Part shown: piece by piece, positions 1 to 7,157 of the stretch
Numbering within the stretch: position 1 is the stretch's first letter
Layout of the letters: every line of letters starts with the position of its first letter
Source of the DNA: a virus
Lineage: Duplodnaviria; Caudoviricetes
Direction: 5' to 3' (one strand)
Virus record (IMG/VR): IMGVR_UViG_3300020045_013787
Coordinates: 1 to 34,287 of that record
Length of the DNA stretch: 34,287 nt
Notes under the pieces: model-generated
Told to the model about the DNA's origin: nothing
Database searches by the model: none
Seen by the model: the letters and a program-made list of their open reading frames with translations, nothing else
Made by a program: the position numbers and the translations under genes

Positions 1-2
1 TT

Positions 3-236
3 GTGTTTAGTGAGTTCTTTCTAAAGAAATGGAATGAATGGGTAGACGTCTCCGAAGAGGGCTTAAAAGATGCTCAAGTGAAAAGGTATGTAGAAAACCT
101 TATTAAACTACGCATGTTAAGGTTTTCATCTGACCACCTTCATCTTTGCGAGGGTGTCTACAGCTTTCTGATGGTCAGAGCACGGAGCAAAAGCTCGCTC
201 CTTTTGTTTGGGTTTAGTGTCCCTTTTCTTTGCTAA
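3..236 (+). CDS. Possible 3' fragment of a hypothetical gene truncated by the window start
   Basis: The first ~45 codons read as a plausible helical protein. The rest overlaps the initiator gene on the opposite strand. Confidence 0.3.
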   Translation: MFSEFFLKKWNEWVDVSEEGLKDAQVKRYVENLIKLRMLRFSSDHLHLCEGVYSFLMVRARSKSSLLLFGFSVPFLC

Positions 237-1070
237 CTTTCCGAAGTTTTTTCTTAACGTTTGTATAGGGTTTTTTGTGTAAATAGCTGAAGACCAAAAC
301 TCTTCATCTTTTAATGCCCATTCAAGGACTTGTAATATCCTCTCTGCGCTGTGCTTATCCTTGGTCAGGAGAAGATTTACTTGCGTCAGAAACGCACTCA
401 AGTCTGAGGGTTGCCTCCAGTCTGGATTGGCCTTGATAAGCGCATCCACCAGAAGTTTTGTTAAGGACCTGACCTCTTCGCTGAAGTCTGCCTTCTTAAG
501 AACTTTCTTTTGAGAAGAAGATAAAATCTCACCCTCGCCTGCGATAGCAGGCTCTGCGAAGCAGGATTCTTTTTCTGAAATTTCTGAGAGGGGTAGGGGT
601 GTGTTATTACTCTGTATATTCTTTATCTTTTCTTCTGTTGTATTAGAAGGTATCGATTTTATACTTTCTGAAGGTATATTTTTCATACCTTCGATGGTAT
701 CGATTTTATACTTTCGTAAAGATTTTTTGAAAATTATCAAAGATTGGTCAAACACTGTGTAAGATGAAGTTTGGTCGAAAGGATTTTTGCTAAATTTTTC
801 TTTTATTATGAGACCTGCATCGAGCAGCTTCTTTATGCTTTTCTTCACAGATTGGACATCCATACATCCAAAAAAATCGGACATATTGCTTTGAGTTTCG
901 TACATCCAGAATTTTCCATCTACCATCTGAGCGTTAGGTTTTGAGGCATTCATTCTTAACCAATATACTATATGGTTAAAGACAACGGCAGCTTCTATCC
1001 CTAATTCTTGAGCAATCCCTTGATCGAAACTGAGAGAAAAACCAGAAAGGATTTCGTGAGGGTGTTTCAT
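126..1070 (-). CDS. Phage replication initiator (lambda O / replisome organizer-like)
   Basis: N-terminal wHTH-like segment GIEAAVVFNHIVYW...GKFWMYET; C-terminal ILQVLEWALKDEEFWSSAI...LRKNFGKL typical of phage initiators; internal iterons; SD GGAGGT upstream. Confidence 0.85.
   Translation of the reverse strand: MKHPHEILSGFSLSFDQGIAQELGIEAAVVFNHIVYWLRMNASKPNAQMVDGKFWMYETQSNMSDFFGCMDVQSVKKSIKKLLDAGLIIKEKFSKNPFDQTSSYTVFDQSLIIFKKSLRKYKIDTIEGMKNIPSESIKSIPSNTTEEKIKNIQSNNTPLPLSEISEKESCFAEPAIAGEGEILSSSQKKVLKKADFSEEVRSLTKLLVDALIKANPDWRQPSDLSAFLTQVNLLLTKDKHSAERILQVLEWALKDEEFWSSAIYTKNPIQTLRKNFGKLAKKRDTKPKQKERAFAPCSDHQKAVDTLAKMKVVR
646..715. repeat. Three tandem 23-bp imperfect palindromic iterons (putative replication origin)
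   Basis: GAAGGTATCGATTTTATACTTTC (646-668), GAAGGTATATTTTTCATACCTTC (670-692) and GATGGTATCGATTTTATACTTTC (693-715), inside the initiator gene. Confidence 0.8.
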
Positions 1071-1189
1071 TTGTCACCTCCAAAAAATTCACTTTCTTCG
1101 ATGCCCTGAATTTCAGGGTGTCGGAAAGATTTTTTTAATTTCGTATGTGTCTTGACCTGAAATGGGTCATCTGGTAAGTTAGGTGTCAT
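1067..1189 (-). CDS. 40-aa leader ORF translationally coupled to the initiator
   Basis: MTPNLPDDPFQVKTHTKLKKSFRHPEIQGIEESEFFGGDK. Its TGA overlaps the initiator ATG (ATGA), and it is itself ATGA-coupled to a 14-aa ORF at 1186-1230. Confidence 0.45.
   Translation of the reverse strand: MTPNLPDDPFQVKTHTKLKKSFRHPEIQGIEESEFFGGDK
1082..1136. promoter_or_regulatory. Long stem-loop / palindrome directly upstream of the initiator RBS
   Basis: Core CCCTGAA-T-TTCAGGG with extended imperfect arms, flanked by an A-run and a T-run. Confidence 0.6.
1152..1180 (+). promoter_or_regulatory. Sigma70-type promoter, antisense to the replication operon
   Basis: TTGACC-17 nt-TAAGTT with an extended -10 TG. Confidence 0.55.
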
Positions 1190-1402
1190 GGTAAGCAGCC
1201 TTGGTTTAATATTGAGGATTTGTGAGTCATGCTATCTGTCCTTTGGTTTTAAAGTGTTTTGTTGACATGTTATTTCCTTTGATTGGTAGTTTGTCTTGGT
1301 AAATGATTCTGTCATTGTTTTTATGGTAGTTTCTTTTCTTAAGTATTGAATTGTCGCACCTATGTTATTTGCAAGTCTACTAAATGTAGGCTTGTTTTTT
1401 TT
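1187..1402 (+). ncRNA. Putative antisense RNA (~215 nt) over the initiator leader
   Basis: Bounded by the 1152-1180 promoter and a plus-strand terminator at 1372-1402; no long plus-strand ORF. Confidence 0.4.
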
Positions 1403-1429
1403 AGGTGAGAATGTTCTAGGATTATCCAT
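1232..1429 (-). CDS. Hypothetical protein (65 aa from MDNPRTF)
   Basis: ATGGATAA overlap with the stop of the upstream gene; low-complexity K/T-rich product. Confidence 0.35.
   Translation of the reverse strand: MDNPRTFSPKKNKPTFSRLANNIGATIQYLRKETTIKTMTESFTKTNYQSKEITCQQNTLKPKDR
1372..1402 (+). terminator. Intrinsic terminator
   Basis: CAAGTCTAC-TAAAT-GTAGGCTTG (one G-U pair that works only on the plus strand) followed by T8. Confidence 0.65.
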
Positions 1430-1703
1430 TGGGACACCTAGGACAGAAGTAGATGCCATCTGCATCTTCTTTTTGACCATTGACTTTGATTGTCGTTAAA
1501 CTTTCAACTTCAGTGGTGAGAATGTAGCCGTTTATCTCTAACATTCTTAGAAGAGGGGATCCATCCTCTTTTAGGAAAAATAAGCCTCTTTCTATTATGC
1601 TTGTTTGACAAAGATCTACCCAAAGCTTGGCCGCTGAGGTAGACCTTTGTGCTATTTTTTTAAAACACCTATCACAACACATATCTGCCTTACTCTTGTT
1701 CAT
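1422..1703 (-). CDS. Hypothetical Cys-containing protein (possible Zn-binding / wHTH-like)
   Basis: Start re-assigned to MNKSK at 1703, overlapping the upstream stop; CCDRC and CPRC motifs at the two ends. Confidence 0.7.
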   Translation of the reverse strand: MNKSKADMCCDRCFKKIAQRSTSAAKLWVDLCQTSIIERGLFFLKEDGSPLLRMLEINGYILTTEVESLTTIKVNGQKEDADGIYFCPRCPNG

Positions 1704-1962
1704 TAGTGTAGACCAGAGTAACGTGGATACCTTCGTTGAATGGATGCCATTCAAGAAGATTCTCAAGTGATAGTTTTTTTATGTTATTTCGGAATTTTGC
1801 CCAAGTCTCTGACATATCTATGCTTACGAGATTTTTGGAGAAGAAGAACTTTCCTTCATCATCTGCACGATTAATGCACTGGAGGTAAGTAGATAATGCC
1901 TCTGGGCAATGGCGAGAGATCCTTTCGAGGATCTCTTGTGTTGTTACTGCGTATATATCCAT
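1690..1962 (-). CDS. Hypothetical protein, possible winged-helix DNA-binding
   Basis: 90-aa ORF with a helix-turn-helix-wing-like pattern (ALSTYLQC...MSETWAKFRNNIKKLSLENLLEW). Confidence 0.7.
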   Translation of the reverse strand: MDIYAVTTQEILERISRHCPEALSTYLQCINRADDEGKFFFSKNLVSIDMSETWAKFRNNIKKLSLENLLEWHPFNEGIHVTLVYTNEQE

Positions 1963-1971
1963 TCTAAATCC

Positions 1972-2079
1972 TAAGAAACTTTTTTGTTGGACTTAAATCT
2001 GATACACGCGCTAAGATCGGAGTAACTAATTCCCGATCTCTGCTGCGTGTATCAAATCCTTACACCTAGTAGTTTCTTA
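1972..2079. promoter_or_regulatory. Long multi-stem hairpin in the leader of the 1690-1962 gene
   Basis: Nested pairings TAAGAAACT/AGTTTCTTA, TGATACACGC/GCGTGTATCA and AGATCGG/CCGATCT. Confidence 0.7.
1988..2017 (+). promoter_or_regulatory. Possible antisense sigma70-type promoter
   Basis: TGGACT-18 nt-TAAGAT. Confidence 0.4.
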
Positions 2080-2107
2080 TATTAGCTCCTTTCGCAGTAT
2101 AAGACTA

Positions 2108-2145
2108 AAGGCCCCAAGAACTTCGATTCCTGGGGCTTTTTTTTT
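2108..2145 (+). terminator. Intrinsic terminator (possibly bidirectional)
   Basis: GCCCCAAGAA-CTTCGA-TTCCTGGGGC followed by T9. Confidence 0.7.
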
Positions 2146-2150
2146 ACAAC

Positions 2151-2471
2151 CTAAGTGTTTTGCGTGATTTTGTCACGTTTTTTCATTCCTGATTTTCGCA
2201 TTTCTATAGCTGATTCCAGGTTCAAACCAGTCTTTTCGATGAATTGACTTAATACTTGATTCTGAAATTCCTGAGATTTATCGGGATTATCAAAATAGGT
2301 GTATCGTTTTCTAGTAGATGCGTTGATCCATATCTCAGGCATTCTTACCCAGAGTTTTTCATCTTTGTACAAGCATACCTCAAGCTTCAGTATAATATCA
2401 AAATATTTCACGTGTATTTGACCTAAGCGTCGTGCATTTGGTCCCATATTGATTTTTGTTATTTCTATCAT
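2151..2471 (-). CDS. SpoVG-like nucleic-acid-binding protein (tentative)
   Basis: Start MIEITKI with SD AAGGA; beta-strand N-terminus, LWVRMP motif and C-terminal helix EFQNQVL resemble the SpoVG fold. Confidence 0.6.
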   Translation of the reverse strand: MIEITKINMGPNARRLGQIHVKYFDIILKLEVCLYKDEKLWVRMPEIWINASTRKRYTYFDNPDKSQEFQNQVLSQFIEKTGLNLESAIEMRKSGMKKRDKITQNT

Positions 2472-2565
2472 AAAAATTCCTTTCTTTTTGAAAAAAAAAC
2501 TTGTCATATCTGGCTAAATGGTGTTAGTGTAAAATTTCAAATAATTTTTACATAGTAGGTAGGTT

Positions 2566-2685
2566 ATGAAGGAAGTTTTTAAAGAGATCTACGAGAACGT
2601 CACTCCTTATGATGTCTCTCTTGTGTGTATATCTTTGAGCATGATTGTCCTTCTAGCGTCCTATATTTTGCACATTGCAAAATAG
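2566..2685 (+). CDS. 39-aa single-TM microprotein (not in ORF track)
   Basis: MKEVFKEIYENVTPYDVSLVCISLSMIVLLASYILHIAK; AGGT upstream; first ORF of the plus-strand operon. Confidence 0.55.
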   Translation: MKEVFKEIYENVTPYDVSLVCISLSMIVLLASYILHIAK

Positions 2686-2727
2686 GGCCTTCATACTCTG
2701 CCTACGTTATCGAGAATAGTCTAAATA

Positions 2728-3270
2728 TTGAACGACATAAAGAATAGAGCAAACTACACAAGAGTGACAAATGTTTTATATCCTTTCTCAGGTCTTTACA
2801 AAATAGATCCAGAGATTGTGGCTAGAGCAGCAGCTAGAGGCACTAAAGTTCATAACATCTGTGAAGCGATAATGATGGGGCTTGGTGAGCTTGGAGTTGA
2901 TGAAGAGACCCGTGGATATGTCGAATCTTTCAAGAAATGGTGGGAAATAGGTCATCAAGTCATATCTATCGAAGAACGCTTCTGGGATGACTTTCTAGAA
3001 ATTACAGGTAAAGTTGATCTAATCATAAACACTTCGGAAGGTCTTGCGATTGTTGACCTTAAGACATCTAGTAAGCCCTCACAAACCTGGCAGGCTCAAG
3101 GCTCTGCTTATGCTTATCTAGCAAAAAAATCAGGCCATGACATTCGCAAGATCTTCTTTTTACATCTCAACAAGACTGGTAAGGAAGCTAAGATTTACGA
3201 GTATCCCGTAGACGATAGTTTTTTTTTGTGCATTTTTCGCGTGTTCAATCATTTTTTCAAGAGGGGGTAA
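2728..3270 (+). CDS. PD-(D/E)XK nuclease (RecE/RecB-like exonuclease)
   Basis: Motifs RVTNVL, RGTKVH, E, GKVDL, IVDLKTS and QxxAY. Confidence 0.88.
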   Translation: MNDIKNRANYTRVTNVLYPFSGLYKIDPEIVARAAARGTKVHNICEAIMMGLGELGVDEETRGYVESFKKWWEIGHQVISIEERFWDDFLEITGKVDLIINTSEGLAIVDLKTSSKPSQTWQAQGSAYAYLAKKSGHDIRKIFFLHLNKTGKEAKIYEYPVDDSFFLCIFRVFNHFFKRG

Positions 3271-3273
3271 GGT

Positions 3274-3483
3274 ATGGCAGATCTAAACGCAATTATGCAA
3301 GAAAGACTAGAAAAGTGGAGAAAAAGCACTCTAGAGGTAAAAAGCGCAGAGAAAGTTAGAGGTGACACTAGAAACTACGTAGCTAGGAAAGGGGACTACG
3401 GTGACGACATAAGAGACTTTGAAATTAAAGACGAAAGAGCTTGGGTTTTAGAGTCCCAAGGTCACCCACATTTAAGGAGATAA
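3274..3483 (+). CDS. Hypothetical protein
   Basis: 69-aa ORF tightly packed between the nuclease and the recombinase, with a G-rich RBS. Confidence 0.7.
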   Translation: MADLNAIMQERLEKWRKSTLEVKSAEKVRGDTRNYVARKGDYGDDIRDFEIKDERAWVLESQGHPHLRR

Positions 3484-3484
3484 T

Positions 3485-4276
3485 ATGCAGAATGAATTAG
3501 TGGTAGCAGACAAAGAAGCTTCTATGCTGGCTATAAACAGACCTTTACCTTCTGAGCATGAGATGATGGTATTCACAACCATAGCTAAGCAAGCTGCTGA
3601 GAGTAAGATGTATGGCTCATATGGGGGACAGCCTGGAATTATGATGACGATACTAGCAGCAAGAGAGCTAGGTGTCCCTCCAATGTTGGCCTTAAATGGA
3701 GGCATATCAAACATTATGGGTAAGCTAGAGATTTCAGCTAGGCTTATGAACGCAATGATGCGAAGAGCAGGTGTTAAGATCACTATCATGGAAAGCACTG
3801 ATGATAGATGCGTTTTAAGGGGTCAAAGAGGCGATAACGGAGACTCAGCCGTGGTATCATACTCCTTAGAAGATGCCAAGAAAGCAGGGCTTGTAAAGCC
3901 GTCTGGTGGATGGGTTAAGAATCCTAAGGATATGTGCTTCGCAAGGGCTATATCTAGACTCGCTCGGCAGATAGCACCCGACGTTATAGGAGGATGCTAC
4001 ATAGAGGGTGAGATTAAAGCCACTGATGCAGAGGTTATAGTCCCACAAGATATTCCCACAGAAATCATAGATTCTAAAGACGATGAAGAGAGCCTTCAAA
4101 GACTCTTAGAAATGTTTGATAAGGAAGATAGATTTCTAGTGCTAGAATACATAAAAGTTGTTATGAAACACTTCGACTGGTCTCAGTCTGAATGTGTTAG
4201 GAAGTTTTTAGAAGAGAAAACTATCGTTGAGAAGTTCACAGTATGGAAAGCTAAACATAAAATGTCAGAACCCTAA
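3485..4276 (+). CDS. recT: RecT-like single-strand annealing recombinase
   Basis: ARELGVPPMLAL, DAKKAGL and WVKNPKDMCFARAISRLARQIAPDVIGG; SD AAGGAG; adjacent exonuclease. Confidence 0.85.
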   Translation: MQNELVVADKEASMLAINRPLPSEHEMMVFTTIAKQAAESKMYGSYGGQPGIMMTILAARELGVPPMLALNGGISNIMGKLEISARLMNAMMRRAGVKITIMESTDDRCVLRGQRGDNGDSAVVSYSLEDAKKAGLVKPSGGWVKNPKDMCFARAISRLARQIAPDVIGGCYIEGEIKATDAEVIVPQDIPTEIIDSKDDEESLQRLLEMFDKEDRFLVLEYIKVVMKHFDWSQSECVRKFLEEKTIVEKFTVWKAKHKMSEP

Positions 4277-4290
4277 CATAAGGAAAAAAG

Positions 4291-4515
4291 ATGGAAGAGC
4301 AAAAAGCTGGAAGTTATCTATGCGTATGCCTTGTTATCTTTATAGCTTTTGCATTCGCGTGCAGCATGGCTATATGCCTAACTGGATGCACTTATGCAGT
4401 TACTATGGTTCATACTGAAGGAGTTGCGGAAGATGTAGTAGATGAAGAAGCATCTAATACTCCAAGCCTTTCAGTACCTATGAGTCTAATCCCTAAACCG
4501 TCAATTAAAGGATAA
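4291..4515 (+). CDS. Small lipoprotein
   Basis: Hydrophobic signal followed by lipobox LTGC; SD AAGGA. Confidence 0.7.
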   Translation: MEEQKAGSYLCVCLVIFIAFAFACSMAICLTGCTYAVTMVHTEGVAEDVVDEEASNTPSLSVPMSLIPKPSIKG

Positions 4516-4519
4516 ATCT

Positions 4520-4630
4520 ATGCCGTTTCAAAAAAAAGAGGCTCCTAAGAAAGCTGCACCTGCGAAGGTTGAAGTAGCCGAAAAAGCTAAGAAGAAACCT
4601 CTTGCAAAAGCTAAAGCTAAGAAGAAGTAA
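4520..4630 (+). CDS. 36-aa Lys/Ala-rich histone-H1-like microprotein (not in ORF track)
   Basis: MPFQKKEAPKKAAPAKVEVAEKAKKKPLAKAKAKKK; SD AAGGA; followed directly by a terminator. Confidence 0.7.
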   Translation: MPFQKKEAPKKAAPAKVEVAEKAKKKPLAKAKAKKK

Positions 4631-4636
4631 GCTTAT

Positions 4637-4665
4637 AAGGGTTAGGAGATTACCTAACCCTTTTT
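4637..4665 (+). terminator. Intrinsic terminator between convergent operons
   Basis: Perfect 10-bp stem AAGGGTTAGG-AGATTA-CCTAACCCTT followed by Ts. Confidence 0.8.
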
Positions 4666-4939
4666 AGAAAGAAACCGCTCTGGAAATTCTTCTAGGATTT
4701 CTTAAAGTATTGCCACTGTCGATCACTAGCTCTAAAACCTTTCTCCACTCCTTAGACTTCTGCTTAGTAGTTAAGCATAGAGTAGCCTTAAACACATGAG
4801 CTATACCATCATCTATAAAGTCATAGCCATAAGCTTTTTTAAAGAGGTTTTGAAGGTAAAAGAATTCCCTGCATGGGATATAGCCTTTTACTAAAACCCC
4901 ATGCTCGAGATGGATAATGCCATATTGGCTAACAATCAT
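4664..4939 (-). CDS. Hypothetical protein
   Basis: 91 aa; ATGA-coupled to the upstream fibre gene. Confidence 0.65.
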   Translation of the reverse strand: MIVSQYGIIHLEHGVLVKGYIPCREFFYLQNLFKKAYGYDFIDDGIAHVFKATLCLTTKQKSKEWRKVLELVIDSGNTLRNPRRISRAVSF

Positions 4940-6345
4940 GCAGAATACTCTGTGATAAATAGTGTTGAAAGAACAGCAGGGAAACTTCCTCCACCAGTAG
5001 GTATAGTATTAAGAAATGCCTCTGCTTGGTAGGACGCTCCGTTAGAGGGCCCACCTGCTCTAATCTTAAAAGTTGTAGCAGAAGTTGTTCCTGCTGCCAT
5101 GTAATACTTGAAAGGTATACTCAATGTCAAGGTGCTATTGAAAGTGCTATAAGTTTGTGTGTCTATAGCTCCACCTGTAGAGTAAAGAGCGTCTGTTACA
5201 GAGTCTTGGAATATGCCTATGATCCCTGCTTGTACTCCTGGAGATCCATTAGGTTGCATTCCTATCACTACCACTCCTTCTATGACTAGAATATTAGCAG
5301 CATTTGAAGGGGTTATAGCTACGCTCATTACCTGTGTTCCTTGAGTGTTAGGGAATGTTCCCCCAAGGTTTACGTTGTTAGATAGAGCTGTACCAGCAGA
5401 AGAGGATGTTCTAACCTGTTTTATAAATCCTCCACCTTGAGCTGCTTGCCATGTAGGAGCTGAACCTGTAGTAGCTGTAAGTACTTGACCTGTAGTACCG
5501 TTAGCTATCTCACCTACTACGTTTGTTGCTGAAGAGAAGAGGATAGAGTCTTTTGTTGTAGTAACAGGGTATGTTGCCGTGGAGAAAGCAGGGTCTGATG
5601 TACCACCTGTTGACTGAAGCACTTGCCCAGAAGTTGCTGTTGGCCCTACTTTAGTGATAGTAGTAGTCCCTGCACCTACCAAGACAGCATGGTTTGTAAG
5701 TCCTGTGAGCTGAACCGTTAAGGTATTAAGAGATCCTACAGTAGTTATACTTCCTGAGCCTAGGAGACTAACTTGTCCAGAACCGTTAGGAACAACAGGG
5801 GATGTTCCTGAGTTTGGTATAAAGGAATCTATAGCAGCTCCTCCTCCTGTTAAGGTTACAAAACCATCAGCGTCGACTGTAAATTGCGCAGAGCTGAAGT
5901 TACATAATCCCACTTTAGTACTATCAGCAGAAGCTATAGCCTGTGATCTTTGAACGTTGATAGTAAGAGTTGAAACAGCACCTGAAGTTCTTACTGGGTT
6001 TGTGCCTGCTGCTACAGTTCCACCAATGATATTAAAGTTATTCCCTGTCGGGCCTAGAACTCCTCCAGTGTCTCCTGTGATAGTCTCAACATTAACAGTT
6101 CCTCCACCAAGAGGAAGCCAGTAAGCTACGTTTGCTACAATCTTTGATAGATACCATAGATCGCCTTGTATGCCTGTAGTTGGATCTTTAGAGATATTCC
6201 AGAAGGTTCCATTAGGGTAAAGCTTCCCTGTCTCAGGCTGCCTATAATCAGCTCCTGTAGGCTCTCTATTCCTAGCTACAGTCACAGGAACGTAAACGTT
6301 AGGACCTAGATATTTATTTGGATCTTTTGGACTTAGACCTGCCAT
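4936..6345 (-). CDS. Tail fibre / receptor-binding protein
   Basis: G/T/S-rich shaft repeats (GQVLQST, GQVLTAT...PTWQ), C-terminal beta domain, N-terminal REPTGAD..Y..GTFW anchor; SD AAGGAG. Confidence 0.85.
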   Translation of the reverse strand: MAGLSPKDPNKYLGPNVYVPVTVARNREPTGADYRQPETGKLYPNGTFWNISKDPTTGIQGDLWYLSKIVANVAYWLPLGGGTVNVETITGDTGGVLGPTGNNFNIIGGTVAAGTNPVRTSGAVSTLTINVQRSQAIASADSTKVGLCNFSSAQFTVDADGFVTLTGGGAAIDSFIPNSGTSPVVPNGSGQVSLLGSGSITTVGSLNTLTVQLTGLTNHAVLVGAGTTTITKVGPTATSGQVLQSTGGTSDPAFSTATYPVTTTKDSILFSSATNVVGEIANGTTGQVLTATTGSAPTWQAAQGGGFIKQVRTSSSAGTALSNNVNLGGTFPNTQGTQVMSVAITPSNAANILVIEGVVVIGMQPNGSPGVQAGIIGIFQDSVTDALYSTGGAIDTQTYSTFNSTLTLSIPFKYYMAAGTTSATTFKIRAGGPSNGASYQAEAFLNTIPTGGGSFPAVLSTLFITEYSA

Positions 6346-6354
6346 AGAAACTCC

Positions 6355-7149
6355 TTATGATGTGTACTCAGTTATAGTCATAGCTGCTAGTTGAACGACA
6401 GTAGTTGGAGCACCTGCCCCTCCTGTTAGAGAATTCCCTGCACGAATTTTAAAGGTAGTAGAAGATGTTGTCCCTGCTGCTTGAGAATAGAGAAGTCTTA
6501 TATCTTGCTGGAAATCTATAGCGAAAACAGCAGGTATTGCTCCATCGTTAATGTAGATCGTATTAGCTGCTATATTTGCAGATGTAGCTCCCTGAAACAA
6601 AGAAAGCGATGCATCGTTTGTTGTGCTGGTGCTATTTCCCGTGACAGCGATGTTAAGCCATACTTCAAAAACTAGGATATTAGCAGATGCTGCTGGAGTT
6701 ATAGAGACTGTCATTATTTGAGTTCCTTGAGTCTGCGTCCCTCCCCCTATAGGCATAGCTGTTGTGCATGTGACTGCGCTTGCAGATGTCCTTACCTGCT
6801 TAACAAAAGTTGTAGCTGGGGCTGCTGATGTCCAGTTTGTTCCATTGCTAGTCAGAACATTACCTGAAGTTCCAGGAACTGCCCATGTTTCTGTGCTAGC
6901 AACCCAGTTAGTGCCATCAGAGACTATCATCTTTCTAGACGTAGCAGAGGCGTTAGGGAATGTAGGTGTAGAAGAAACAATATTAGTCCCATCTGAGACT
7001 AAGATCTTCCCTGAAGTTCCTGCGGTGGAAGGATATGTAGCTGTGCTATAGACTGGAGTTATCCCTGCTCCTGCGCCTTGAAGTACAGTCCCTGTTGCCC
7101 CAGTAGGTATATTTGCACTTAGAGTATTCCTAGTATAACCTTGACTCAT
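6355..7149 (-). CDS. Tail fibre / receptor-binding protein
   Basis: SDGTNW / GNVLTSNGT repeats; C-terminal domain paralogous to 4936-6345. Confidence 0.85.
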   Translation of the reverse strand: MSQGYTRNTLSANIPTGATGTVLQGAGAGITPVYSTATYPSTAGTSGKILVSDGTNIVSSTPTFPNASATSRKMIVSDGTNWVASTETWAVPGTSGNVLTSNGTNWTSAAPATTFVKQVRTSASAVTCTTAMPIGGGTQTQGTQIMTVSITPAASANILVFEVWLNIAVTGNSTSTTNDASLSLFQGATSANIAANTIYINDGAIPAVFAIDFQQDIRLLYSQAAGTTSSTTFKIRAGNSLTGGAGAPTTVVQLAAMTITEYTS

Positions 7150-7157
7150 TATCTCTC

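Noticed and set aside
2728-3270. Cas4 assignment for the nuclease
   Set aside because: Lacks the four-Cys Fe-S cluster motif, and its context next to RecT indicates recombination.
4936-7149. Possible diversity-generating retroelement acting on the fibre tips
   Set aside because: No reverse transcriptase, and no near-identical template/variable repeat pair differing only at adenines.
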